The notes under the pieces are model-generated. The model saw nothing but the letters and a program-made list of their open reading frames with translations. It had not been told where the DNA came from and did not search any database. The translations under genes and the position numbers were made by a program. A DNA stretch of 64,000 bases from Lama guanicoe (taxonomy: Eukaryota): NCBI GenBank assembly GCA_013239625.1, contig MU056573.1, forward strand, positions 6,418,552-6,482,551, written 5' to 3'. Below, one piece after another: positions 25,356-38,124 of this stretch. Numbering within the stretch: the first letter of the stretch is position 1; the number at the start of each line of letters is the position of its first letter.

Positions 25356-27354
25356 GTAGCAGGAGTTCCTCTCCTGCAATCAGAGGCAGGCACAGGGTGG
25401 AGGGTGGTGGAAATTATCTAGTTTCCTAGACAAACAGCACTGGCTGGACTAGACCCTAGACATGTGAAGCCCAGAGAGCGACCGAGGGGGCGGGGGCAGA
25501 GGCTACATTATCTGACCTGGCTGCTTCCATGGATCAAGGGAGCCGGACAATCACAGCGCCACGGCCCCAGTTCACTCCGTGGACACAGCCAAAGAGGGGG
25601 TGGGAAAGTACACAAACCTCCGAGGGGTCACTTTTGGTCCATGTCAACAGCTCTGACTGGGAGTAAGCCGAGACAATAAACCAAGACAAAGATCCAGTGA
25701 GTTCTGCTGCCTGTTCTCTATTTCAAGGGGACAGTCCCAGCTTTGTTTCTTTTCTCTAGGGTGAAGGGCTGTGCCCTGAAATGCTCCTGGCTTCCGAGAA
25801 CAGCTCTGGAGGCAACTCTACAAAGTGCTGGCCAGGGGCTGATGAGAAGCGAGCAAGTCGAATTCACCCTGCTCCACCCCCCACCCCAGGCTCACGTGGT
25901 CTTGGGGATGTGGGAAGGAGAAAAGGGAACTTAGATGGTCCTCTTCCTTCCTCCTTCATCTCCCAACGTCCACATTCATTCTTCTCTAGGCCAATCTGAC
26001 CTCCTCCTCATCTCCCTCCCTCCCTCCCAGTAAAGAGGAGGGAAGTGGGCAGGTGGGGTTGGGGGCATTGAGAAAGGGCATAAAAGTCTTTCCAAAAGGA
26101 GTCACAGTCCTCCCCAACGCTGACTCTGCCGGCAGGTTCTGTTTTCTCTCCAATGAGATGCTCTGCACCAGCTCTCTGCTGAGCTCTGTGGGTTGAAAAA
26201 ATCTGCAGGGTGCAGGTGTGTGCCCACCCCTGAACATCATATTTACATACAGCCATGATGGCTCTGCTTAGGTTTATGCAAAAGAAGACTCTCACTTCAC
26301 TAAGGCCCAGTTTACCAGAATGCGAATTCTTCTTTGCAGCCTATTTTTAAGAGAAAGAGCCACACTGGTATCGTGTCTGGTTACATTTGCTATCAGCCCC
26401 ATTCTCCCACCAGCTCCCTTAGCTTTCTACCGTATGTCCTGGAGAAGCCTACCTTCAGCTCCAAATCTACTTCCATATAATCAGATTTTCATGGTTTTGG
26501 CAGGGGCAAGAATCTTATACTTCAAAAAGGTTTGCCTTCTAGGTTGTATCACTATGTAAGGGACGGAGAGCAGGAGCTTTTAGAAGGATCTCAGCAAGAC
26601 TTTCTGTTTTGGTTCCTTACTGATGCCGGCAGGCCTGGGTTCTGACCTGTCACACACAGACCACCTGCTGTATAACCCTGATTATACCGACACTATTACT
26701 GACACTTTCTAAGTGCCAGGAGCTATGCTAAGTGCTTTACACACGATTACGTACATAATTCTTACAACCAACATATGAAGTATGTACAATTTCCATCCCA
26801 GTTTTGGAGAGGTGAAGCCATTTGTCCCAAGGTCACACAACGCTGGAGCTGGGATTTGAGAGAGGCGGTCGGGGTCCAGGGTCTACACTGTTAATCCCTA
26901 TACATAGCTTTTCTCATTTAGTCTGCACAGCAATCTTACGAGATAGAATATTAAAATACTCATTTTCCAGATAAGAAAACTGAGGCTCAGAGAAGTAACC
27001 TGTCTAAAGGATTGACCCAGGATCCCAACCCAATTCAATTCAAGATGCGGAGAGCCTGCTTTGTGCCAGGCTCTGTGCGAGGCACCAAGGGCACAGTATA
27101 GTGGGATAGGCTAGTCATATTTAGTCATTTTGGTTTTTTTTCCATTTCTTTTAACACCATCACTTCTTTCTTTCTGAAGTGAGTTCACTCTGAGTGAAGT
27201 AAAGTCACACGTAGTCAAGATTAGCCAGGGATGCTGGCACTGTGCACACGCCCGAGAGCTAGACGATATCCAGGCCAGCCTGAACAAAGCCAGTTACCAG
27301 CCTCCGCTCCTCCCCGATCCTTTCTGATTCGGGAAGTCGCATCACTTGGTTGTA

Positions 27355-28335
27355 TTTGCTCGTTCCGTAAACATTTATTGAGCATTTACTGTTCCAGGTC
27401 TTATGCTATAAATTGGGGATCTAAAAAGAGAGGATTCGTGTTTGACGTGGGACACTCTTAGTTTAGAAGAGGAGAGAAAATTAAAACGAAAAACACAGCA
27501 TGGTATGACAAGTGCAGAAATTGAGAGTTTGAGATAACAATTAAGATAACAGCTGAGAGTGGTTTTGGATGAGCTGCAGGGAGCCCTTCCAGGAGATGGC
27601 ATAGACGCCAGGACCCGAAGGGTAAGAAATGCACCTTCCAGATGGGAACAGGTAAGGGAACTAGTGCTTACTAAGCATATACTATATGTCAGGCCCGGAA
27701 TTGAGACTATATATTTAGTTTAACCCTGACTCCGGAATCCAAGAATCAGAGAGCATAAAGAACTCGTTCACCGTGACATGGTAAGAAAATCCCTGAGCTG
27801 AGTATGTGAATGACATTTTCGGGAAAGGGCAGCCCAGGCAGAGGGAACAGCACGCACAAATGCAGGAAGGCAAGAAGAGCCTGGCATAGCTGAGGGACAG
27901 CGTGTTCAGCGTATCTCAGACATCAGCAGTGCCTGGGGGCAGGGGTTAAAGGGGGAGATAAAGACAAAGAAAGAATTAGAAGCAAACTTTGGAAGGACTT
28001 TGCATACCTGGTGAAAAATAAGGATCTTATCCTAAAGGTAAATAAAGGATGGCCAAATAAGAAAATAACATTACCATAATGGGGTTTTAGCAGAATAATT
28101 CTGGTAGCAGAATGGAAGATGGATTGAAGTGGGGAAAGACTGAGGACAATAACCAAGTTGGAAGGCCACTGCAATAGTCCAAGCATAGGAGAATGAAGCA
28201 CTGAACTCAGGGAGAGGGGACAGGGAAGAAAAGGAGGGGATAAGATTAGAGAAAAGATGATAAGAATTGGCTGTGGGAGGTGATGAGAGAGATAAAAGAT
28301 GGTGAAGAGCTGCTAAAAGCTAGGAATATGGGAAA
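27355..28335 (-). mobile_element. L2 remnant (with a MIR fragment at about 27660-27800)
   Basis: Begins aaacatttattgagcatttact; purine-rich L2 antisense text (gaaggactttg...aaggatcttatcct...aatagtccaag). Confidence 0.7.
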
Positions 28336-29311
28336 AGGAGCAGTGATGGAGGGCGGATGGATCTGAGCCTCCAGACAACCAAGAGGGGTTGGTTACTAAG
28401 GTGCCTGGATGTCTGGCGTTTCTGGACACACTTACTGATAAGCATGCACATACTTATCAAGAAAGTGTAAAGGGACAGGGTTAAAGTGGGAGATGAGCAC
28501 TAAACCAACATGGTGGATTCCCACAACCAGATCTGAAGAAAGCTGTCTGCTCAAGATGGTTCCCTGACTTTGAGCCTGGCTGGGGGAGGCAGACAATCCC
28601 AGGAGTGAGGCAAATATTTGGCTCTGACTCCCGGGACTGTCCAGGTAAATACAGCTGTCAAGAATACCCAGAAAGAGACAGATGTTTCCTGAGGGGCTCT
28701 CCCTGACACGCCTGGGAGCTGCATGAGCAGGCTTGAGGCAGGCGGCAGCTGGGGTTTGGGAGGACACAACACGTGGGCAGCCTCCTGCCTTCTGCGGGAC
28801 TCTGCAGATGAGGTGGCTGAGAGAAGTGAGTCTTTCTTCCCAGCCTCCTCCTCCACTCTCTGCCGTAGTCCATGCCTCATAAAGGTTGATTCATAGATGA
28901 GGGGCTGCAGCTAGAAGCCACATTGAAGCAACAGAAAGGGCAAAGCTGCGTGTGTGTGTGCCTGCGTGCATGTGTGTCTGTGTAGAGGAAACTGTTTATT
29001 CAGGGAACTATATATCAAACACAGCCTTACGGGCAGACAATAGAGACTTGCCTAGGTAATTTATGCCACCCAAATCAACATCAGGATGGGCTGTGCAGAG
29101 CTAAAGGTGAGACACATTTTTAAAAGTGGGGTGTCTCCCTTTCAAGGTCTCAATGACAGGAGATGCTTTTGCACACAAAACATTCAGGCAACAATATCTA
29201 GGCATCTGCTGGAGCCTCTCCTCACCGAAGAGAAAGAAAGGCCGGAACTGAAACGCAAAAGAAAGAAAGAAACTGTTTGGAAATAGGTCTGCTACAGTAT
29301 AAACTTTCCCC

Positions 29312-29499
29312 NNNNNNNNNNNNNNNNNNNNNNNNNNNNNNNNNNNNNNNNNNNNNNNNNNNNNNNNNNNNNNNNNNNNNNNNNNNNNNNNNNNNNNNNN
29401 NNNNNNNNNNNNNNNNNNNNNNNNNNNNNNNNNNNNNNNNNNNNNNNNNNNNNNNNNNNNNNNNNNNNNNNNNNNNNNNNNNNNNNNNNNNNNNNNNNN
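29312..29499. other. Assembly gap (188 N)
   Basis: N run. Confidence 1.
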
Positions 29500-30059
29500 G
29501 ATGGTGTTTCTCAGCAGCACAAAAACCTGAAGTGGAATCAGAGCGGAATGAACTGCAGTCTTTAGGCAGCGAGTGAGAGAAGAGATGCTGCAGGTCTCCT
29601 CAGTTCTATTTAGTCCGAAGAAACATTCACCCTAATTTTAGAAATTCATTTCCAACCGGTGGAATAGCCATTAACCGAGCAGGGTATTATTTTTGGTAAC
29701 GTTTGCTCAAGGATAACATTTTAACTATTCGCACTTTAGTTGACTTGTCAATGTGTTTTTTGCAACTTACCCTTACCTAATTTTAGACAAATATGGAATA
29801 ATTGCAAAGCAACATAAATAGCTGTGTTGATGCTCCCAGGTAAAATGACACAGGAAGGCTAATTTAGACAAAAGCAATTCTTACAAAGCAACCATTTGGG
29901 GAATTATTCTCAGAATTACTGGGGATTTTCTAGTGTGTCTGCCCTATTTTGTATGCAAGCTGCCCAACCCTCAAGGTGAATAATTAAGCCAATTATTCCA
30001 ATAATTTCAGGCCCCCCAACATTCAGAACAAAGAAGAAAAAAAATCTGATTATTTTTAG

Positions 30060-30150
30060 TTTTTTTTTTCCTTTTCTCTCTTTTCTTTACCTCCCTCCCT
30101 CCCTTTCTTTATCTCCCTCCCTCCCTTTCTTTCTCTTTCCTTCTGTTTGT
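30060..30150. repeat. Polypyrimidine (CT-rich) low-complexity tract
   Basis: Read directly; includes a short internal duplication ctccctccctccctttcttt. Confidence 0.9.
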
Positions 30151-31335
30151 AATTCTTTCCCATTTCTCCCTTTTCGTGAGTGGCCACAGCCTTTGGTAAC
30201 AAGATTGATTTGATTAGTATTTGCTCATGAGTGTTGTAACCCTGCTTAATGGTTCTTGCTTAACGATTCTTGCCTAACGTGGAAGAAACCCAGTGAACGT
30301 TCTGCTGGTGCCAGGCTTTGCTGCCAGTCATCTGACGCAGATCAGCTCCAGGCCGTGGCTGCCACTCTCAGAGAGCCCTTCGCGCGTGCTCACACAGCCC
30401 ATCTCTCAGCCTAGGCCCTGGCTGCTCTGGCCGAGAATGACACCTGCACCGACGTCACGACTTTACAAATTTCACGGGACCCAAGCTAACTCCCCGAGTC
30501 CCTTGTCCACTCCTCAGATAGACCTTGCCTCTGACACTCTCACATGAACCTCCAGAGATATTCATAATCAAGCAAAGATATGGGAGGGAACTCACACTGA
30601 GAAATACACTTCTGAGGAGACAGCCTCTTCTGTTTTATCAACCAGTAAAAAGCCATTTCCTCCAGAATGACCTGGACACGTAGTAGAAGAAATGGATTCT
30701 CATGAGCACTAAAAAATATTAATTAAGTCTGTTTCTCACTTAGGCCAACCTATTTCAGACTTACCGGAAAGCCCTATGTTATCTCATTCTGTTTCTCCAT
30801 TCACAGGCTTTTCATGAAATGTATCTAATTGACTGGTGTTGAAAACCACCATGAACTGAGGATACCCAGGCTGGGAGAGACTTCGGGTCCACAGCAGCCT
30901 AGCCTGAAGTCCCCAGGGCAGTTCTCCAGTCATCTTTGTGACATGGTTTGCTGTCATTTCCAATGATCCACAGCTGTGGGGGTAGTCTTTCAAAAACGTC
31001 TAATCTGTTACGTGCTCAATACGTTTATTAGTAAATTTTGGAAGAAGAAAATTAGCGATAGAACATTCCACCTTACACATTGATTTGGCTGCTAAAAAGT
31101 TGTATATATGATACATATTACTAAAAACCGAGTCACATGTATAGTAATTGGAAGTGCAAGCCATTAAAAGGGATACCTCTCCAATCCTTTCATAAAGGAA
31201 AGATCATTTCATAAAGACAGTGAACACTTGATAATTTATCCTTTCTGCATATTCTTACTCCCATGATATACCTATGATCACGACTGAAATGCACGCAAAA
31301 GCAAGGGATAGGATGGGTGGGGCAAGTCATCCTAC

Positions 31336-31397
31336 AAACACACACACATCACTCACACACTCCCTCCCTCACATACATACACACACAAACACACATA
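31336..31397. repeat. Imperfect (CA)n repeat
   Basis: Read directly. Confidence 0.85.
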
Positions 31398-32234
31398 CCG
31401 ATTTTCTGCAATTCTGTGGGGCTTTTTTTTTTCTACTGAAGATAGTTTGCGGGCCTGAAATCCTAAGAATTACTTCAATTTTCCATTTTGAATGTGTGCA
31501 GATGACAGAACCCAAGTTCCTGCCTTGTTTTGGAGTGTTCTTTTTTCAATTCTATTTTTTTCCCTTTCCGTTCCAATCCTTACGCACCATGTAGAGAAAG
31601 CCTGGAATTCATGCTCATGAAAAGGCAAAATGTGGTAAAAACTGAGATGCTCATGAAACTCCACAGCATTAACATTTTCAACACCCCCAGGAGGATTTAC
31701 TGCATTTTCTCATAGGAGCATATGATTTGCACATTGCTATATTTTTCTGGGTTTTAAATTCTCTGTTAGTTTACTCTGGCTTTCCTATTTAAAGGGCAAA
31801 ATGTCAACTTTTTGGATTTAACTCTTTTTGTTCAAAACCTACATGCCCATACTAATATAAAAGTTGTATCGTGCAGTTGGAGAGTGTTTCAAACTTCTTT
31901 CAATTTCAATGCAATTACTGATTTTTTAATAGTAAAAAATAGAATTGAATATTTTTCATAGCCATGCAGATAAAATATTGACTCATTATTAATATTTAAT
32001 TTATGAGCATTTTCCTTTAGATAAAAGTCCCCAAGTTTGATGTAGGTCTCCAGCTCAATTCAACATTTACTATCTCTCTACCATGGGAAAATAACTATGC
32101 TAAAGCATTTTAAATTATAAAGAGATGAATAAGGTATAGACAGTCCCTGCCTTCAAGGAGCTCCAGTGGAGGGGACATGTTAAGTCACAAAGTACAGTAT
32201 ATCATAGAATGGAATTCTGGCCAGAGCCCCAAAA

Positions 32235-32305
32235 AATGAATGAATGAATGAATGAATGAATGAATGAATAAATGAACAAAAAAGTAAATAAATAAATAAA
32301 TAAAA
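32235..32305. repeat. (AATG)n / (AAAT)n tetranucleotide repeat
   Basis: Read directly. Confidence 0.95.
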
Positions 32306-33868
32306 GGGGGGAGCAGTTATAATGATTTAAAAAAAAATTAGGATGCCTTTGCAGTGGAGGGAAATTTGTGCTGTAGCATGAGAGCTGAAAATCACAAGCT
32401 TGGCTAAACAGCGAGGAGGAAGGTACCGCCAACTGAGAGATTTGCTTTGATTTCCCTCATGAATAATTTCAGTCAATGATCAATTTGTAAGAGCAAATTC
32501 CCCAATTTTTTACCCTGGTTTCTGACAGACAGCTTTTAAAATGAATTGTACTTCCTTCATCTAGATGTGCTTAAAAAGAACTTCTAAGGAAGATTTCCCT
32601 TTTTGCTGTCTTTGTCTCTGTCTCTCTCTTAAACTTGCTTTTAATACAAGAAGACAGTTACCTAGGGCAGCCAAACTGTCCTAGCAAACTGGATTTTTGT
32701 TAAATCTGTTTAAATTACTGTGGTTTCTTGTATCTTTTATCTTAGATTTCATCTGAAATGCATGAGTTCAACGTCAGTGTTAAGAAATGAAAATGTGATC
32801 TTAGTATCGTGATAAAGCACCTTCTAAAGCTGCACCCCAGCTTTCAATTTTTCGTGTGCTGGGGGCCACTTATTTTTCATTCCCCTTTAAAGTTTCTATT
32901 TAAACACACCTCTTTGTCATATGCTGATAAATATTAAAATAACAGGAAAAATCTGCCTGACTTATTCAAGCTGATAATAAGAACAAAACACAGGATGTGT
33001 GTGTCCTCCTTCCCTTTTTTGACTGTGGTTAAGTGTTAAGGAGGTTTTGAAACCTATGATTACGTAATAATTGGTATCACTACATTCTCTTCCCAATGAA
33101 AAGCCAGGAGTTTCGTAGCCTGCCACAAAGGCAGACAAAAACAAATTGCCTAAGTGGTATTGTCATTGCTTTGCTCCATTGTTTTAAAAGAATTTAGCAA
33201 AAGAATCTCTAGTTGCCAAGCTGTAGTTACTGTGCCAATAATCACAACACGATCTTTCCAACAGCATCTTTGGCTAATGAGCTAATTTATAGAACCATAA
33301 ACATCACATATTCCCCTAATGTTTGTCAGTATTTATTGCAAGAAAAAGAAAACACAGTTGAAATATTCAAATTGCTGTCAAGAGCATCTTGGTACATTTG
33401 GCTAATGGAAATGGGAGGGACGGTGTCCCACTAGTTGGCCAATATGATGAAATGATAGCAGTTTCCAAACCACCTGCTTTGATCTCCAAGTATGTAATAT
33501 CAGTTATATGTTAAGACACTCTATTTAGTTTCTTTTTATAAAACTTCTAAAGGAAATCGCACATCAGCACACCAGGTTTTTGAAGTCCATGGGTAGAGAA
33601 CTATTTTCTTCTTTCCTAACATGAGGCTCTAGAGGTAAACTTGACTTACTATCTTCCTTTTACTTTTATTCTCCTTATCAATGTTTTTCTCATAAAAATA
33701 TTTTGTAAAACATGTACTATAAACACTTTAGAAGCCAGCGAGCCAATGGAATCTACTGCCTTTGTTCCCTTCTTGTAAAAGTTGAGCTTTTGTCTCATTT
33801 CCGTCATATGCGTGGCCATCAAACCAGCAAGAAAACACCACATCTGAGGAAGGAAGATCATAGCAAAG

Positions 33869-33948
33869 GGAAACACAGAAACCTACGAGGCAGCATTAGC
33901 TGTTAGATGGAAACACAGAAACCTATGAGGCAACGTCAGGTGTGAGAT
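33869..33948. repeat. Diverged tandem duplication, 40 bp x2
   Basis: ggaaacacagaaacctacgaggcagcattagctgttagat / ggaaacacagaaacctatgaggcaacgtcaggtgtgagat. Confidence 0.9.
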
Positions 33949-34737
33949 GAGCTCAGTATGAGTTCATCTTACTTGTTTCCCCCGCGGTTCTACTCAAGTT
34001 CACTGCTCTCCTAGTGGGACAGACTCAAGAGGGAAAACTCCGTTTCGCATTTAAAAAAATGTCATCTAACTGGTTGCATCTTATGGCAAGAAGAATTTGT
34101 ATCCAACACATCTCCAAGATGTCCCTTCAAGGTGGCCCTTCCTCTCTGCAGCTCTCAACTCCACATGAAACGCGGATGTGTGGACTGAAAAATGAGAGGT
34201 TACGTTTCTTTAAAAAAAAAAACAAAAGAACAACTTTGAGGAACGAAGTTGGATGACCTCCAAGAGAAATGATTTGTGACCTGGAAAGGGTCTTTGGTTT
34301 CACACCTGGAAAGGATGTGGATTCAAGGGGGATGTATAGTTGGCGCTGAGAGGAAAACCACTAACATTCACTGTGGGGCCCTCAAGCCAGTGTGGAGGCA
34401 CCTGGGGCCTCTGAGGTTAGCGCTCCTGGAGTTCGCTGGGGCCAGCTAAGGTCCGAGCACTCCTGCTCTTCTTCTGGGAAGAGCATTCCCACCCACACAT
34501 CACATTCTGGAAGCCTAGGCATGCATACGATGGGCGAATTATTTAATACTGCCTTTCATTTGGTTTCACATGGAGTGAAGTAAAGTTCCAGTCTGCCTTT
34601 GAAAAAAGTCACCAAGAGACATATTTGGAGGGCCATGATGTGCAAACAAGTGCTATTATTCTCAAAAAAGGTTCTGAAAAAAGAGGCACACATTTACAAT
34701 TTGGAAACACGGAGATAAGTCTCCTGACACGGCTTAC

Positions 34738-34787
34738 CTTGCAGGTTGACTCTGGAGACAGGAGGCTGACTAGCAGCTGGAGACCTC
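34738..34787 (-). CDS. PDE4B: PDE4B 50-nt linker (LR1) exon: (K)RSPAASQPPVSRVNLQ(E)
   Basis: Not in frame in the ORF track; found by manual translation. Acceptor ccctctccacag|GAGGTCT, donor CAAG|gtaagc. Phase matches (AA|G = Lys). Confidence 0.96.
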
Positions 34788-35211
34788 CTGTGGAGAGGGA
34801 GCGAAAACAAGGCCTGAGTCTTTGCATGAATATCCCCCGCCTGCACCCCCATGATCCCTGAGGAGTTTTCCAGGTCATGACGAGCCGTCCAGTGACATAA
34901 TGCCAGCTCCGGAAGGCGGGCTCCTGTGACTCCGGTGGAAGACTGCGACTCTCACATCCAGATGGCCTGGAATTTCCCTGCGTACAACCTCCTGGATGCG
35001 CCAGCACTCCAGGGAGGAAGTCGTTTACTCAGGTCCCTAACTGGGCCTTCTGTTCTAGGTTTCCCTGCCCCAGGAGGCTCCCTGAAGAGGATACACGTGC
35101 TCAGAAATGGTACCAAATCTAAGAGTGAACCCTGACTCCTTTGGGCAGTGCTGTAGAAAGTTACAGCGAGAGGGGCCCTTCGGGTTTAATCAGTCCAGGC
35201 TTCCCCCTACC

Positions 35212-35340
35212 TTTTTTTTTTTTTTTTTGGTGGGGATGTAACTAGGTTTATTTATTTTGTTTTTAATGGAGGTACTGAGGATTGCACCCAGGACCTTGTG
35301 CATGTTAAGCACGCTCTCTACCACTGTGCTATACCTCCCC
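35212..35340 (-). mobile_element. Second Vic-1-type SINE
   Basis: Same tRNA-like head and tail as 22740-22859, poly(A) on minus strand, flanking direct repeat caggcttccc (35196-35205 / 35342-35351). Confidence 0.85.
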
Positions 35341-35742
35341 ACAGGCTTCCCATTTTTGCATCTCAGAGATCCAACACCCAGAGAGGTGACATCACCAGTC
35401 CAAGATCACATCGCCACTAGGAACAGTAACCCAGGTGGCCTGCCTCATGGAAAGGTCTTTTCACAGTAGCCCTGGGCATTATGCTGTATCATAAAACAAG
35501 CCCGCTCAAGCCAAGCATCAAGTGAAACAAGAAAACAAACTCATGCTCCACAAACACAGAGGTTCCTTCTCCCTTCCTTTCTCGATTTTCCTTCTTCCTT
35601 CTTTATCCCGTTCATCTCCCCTCACTCCCAACCCTGATTCTCCTGCCGTGCTCTCCATCCTTCTTGTGCTTGGCAGAGCTTCTGCCTGACTCTCCAGGAT
35701 TCCCAGGGCATTGCTGGAGAGCTCCCCAGAAACACTGTAGAG

Positions 35743-35914
35743 CAGTGGCCCTCAAACTTCAGGGTGCACAGAATCACCTGGAGAGCTTATTAAGACACCC
35801 AGCTGAGCATGACTTCCAGGGCTGCTGGTTCAGTTGGCCTGGGGTGGGCTTGGGAGTTTGCGCCCAGGTGGCGCTCTTGCTGGCCTGCCTGGGGCCCGCA
35901 TTTCAGAACCACTG
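35743..35914. mobile_element. MER5A-like hAT-Charlie DNA transposon relic (a second partial copy follows at about 35987-36115)
   Basis: Terminal inverted repeats cagtggccctcaaa...ttcagaaccactg and internal cagaatcacctggagagctt. Confidence 0.75.
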
Positions 35915-36382
35915 GCGTAGCGGGCTGTCTGCCCCACTGAAGAGCAAGAGGATGCTGGCGACGAGCAAGAGAGTGGCTCTCTAGCCCAGTGGGTCTCAAT
36001 CATACTCGCAATCATACTTCCCCACCCCTGGAGGGTCTATTTCACTGTGTCTGAGACAAGGCGTGGGGATCTGTATTCTTCACTTGTCTATGAATTCTGA
36101 GGCACAGGCAAGTTTGGGGAGGAAGCCAAGTTCTACATGGCCTGCAAAGAGACTGCAAAGGAGGGGTTTCCCTCCTGGTGTGTCCACAAAGTTATTTTCC
36201 TAGGTTTTTAAGTGTTCCAAACCCAATTTTGGTCCCTTAGGGGTAACAGTGCGTCTAGGTAACAATACCATATAGGTGCAGGGTCCGGGGACCAGGGTTG
36301 ACATTTATCGTTCATCTACTGGCTGGGTGATTCCAGGCAAGGTACTTTTATATTCTCTGTGGTATGAAATTCTCATGTGTGC

Positions 36383-36858
36383 TGTAGGGGAGAAAAATTT
36401 TGTCCTCTGCCCTTCTAGGTTCTTTTGGCTGGTCTATTCATCACATTGATGCAAGACAGATTAACAGGAGAAAAAAACAAATTTAATTACACACTTAAGG
36501 GAGTCCCAAAAGAGTATGAGACCCAAGGGCAAGTCAAGCAGTTGAGACTTACCTGCCTTCCTGAGCTAAGGCAGGGGAAAGGGGCCTGGCGCCGCAGAGG
36601 GCAAGAGGGTCACTCACAGGGTGAAATTCACAGAAGAACAGACATGTTGCCATACAGATGGGTCATGCAGATAAAAGTCATCTCTGGCAATCTCTCTCTC
36701 TCTCTCTCTGAGCCAGACCCTCAAGTAAAATTGTTTTGGGTGGTTAAAGGAGAGGTAAAAGCTTTTCTTGAGTCTGCGGTGTCTCGCCTGCCTTCAGCTA
36801 AAAACAATCTATGTGCCAAAGGGGCATATTTTGGGATCACGCATTCTGCTCCCCATCA
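36383..36858 (-). mobile_element. ERV1 solo LTR, MER34/MER39-like
   Basis: Minus strand starts TGATGGGGAGCAGAAT...CCCAAAATATGCCCCTTTGGCA and ends AGAACCTAGAAGGGCAGAGG...TCTCCCCTACA (TG...CA termini). Confidence 0.75.
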
Positions 36859-37297
36859 GGGACATGGGAAGGGGACTGGCCGCCCGAGGGGTACTTTTCT
36901 CTGCTAAGCACTGTGCCAGGTGCTTCTTAGCTTCCACTGGGAATATTATCATCGCATATGAAGGATAAGGAAACTGAAGCTCGGAGAAGTCAAGAAATAC
37001 GTTGAGGTACCCATGGTTCATAATAGCCAGGTCAGGATTCCAGGCTGTCTTTCTGAATTCAAAGTGCGTGCTCTCGCCACCATCCCATCTACTGATAACA
37101 CCTGCACAAATGTGGAGGGCTGTGTTTCAGAAAAACTAAGAGGTTAAATTCCAAACTCTCAAGACCTGGCATTGCAAGTCTGCTCCTTGGCTCTCCTTGA
37201 GCGTGCACTTTCCCCTTCCTGACACTGCTCAGGCCACTCCTCTGTGAAGGAAGCTTTCCCCGCGCAAATTCCCACATTGAGACATCACCTCTGTTCC

Positions 37298-38070
37298 GTG
37301 ATACTGCAACTTATGGTAAGAAATACACACATTTGGTTTTTGGCTCCATTCTTTAGGAACGGAGTTCGTAAAGCCCTCGGGGCTTCCTAAGTGAGGAGAG
37401 CAACCAAGGGGTCTCTTGCTATGTTGACGAACAACTTTTGGACCAGCAACTAGGTAATGTAAGGAGGGGGCTGGTTGCCAGCAGAACCAGCCAGGTGATT
37501 AGAGAGTTTGGACTTTCAGATCCACTCTGAACCTCTGGGGAGGGGAGAGCGGCCGGAGATTGAGTTCAATCACCAATAACCAATGATTTAATTAATCACG
37601 CTTTTGTAACAAAGCGTTCATAAAAACTCAAAACGACTAGGTTGGTGGACACAGTTCAGAGAGATTGACGTGCCCAGATAGTATGGAAGCTCTGGGCTCC
37701 TTTCTACACACCTTGATCTCTGCATTTCTTCCACCTGGCTGTTTCTGAGTTATCTCCTTTTATATCAAACCAGTGATCGAGTAAGTAAAATGTTTCTCTG
37801 GGTTCTGTGAGCCCTTCCAGCATGTTAATTGAACCCAAGGAGGGGGTGGTGGGAACCTCCGACCTATAGCCAGTGGGTCAGAAGCCCAGGCGAGAACCTG
37901 GGCTTGCCACTGGGGTCTGAAGTCTGTGTGTGCGTGGAGGGGAGACTGAGCCCTTAACCTGTGGGATCTGATGCTATTTCCAAGTCAGCAGTGTCGGAAC
38001 TGAATTGAAGTCCGCGACACCCAGCTGGTGTCACAGAGAACTGCTTGGATGTGTGGGGGAAAATACCCTA
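37298..38070 (+). mobile_element. MER21-like solo LTR
   Basis: gggggctggttgccag...gtgattagag...aatcaccaat...ctgagcccttaacctgtgggatctgatgcta; blocks shared with 41980-42850. Confidence 0.8.
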
Positions 38071-38124
38071 GTATCAGAATCATGCCTTCGGACGTCAAAT
38101 GCCATCTTCTCCAAAGAATGTTAC

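Noticed and set aside
1-34737. Next PDE4B exon (UCR2, EESYQKLAMETLEELDWC) or the PDE4B2 first exon
   Set aside because: Not seen; presumably beyond the left edge of the window (the N-gap at 29312-29499 cannot be inspected)
22740-35340. Vic-1 SINE pair flanking the 50-nt exon as a circRNA-promoting inverted repeat
   Set aside because: Both copies have the same orientation and cannot base-pair with each other
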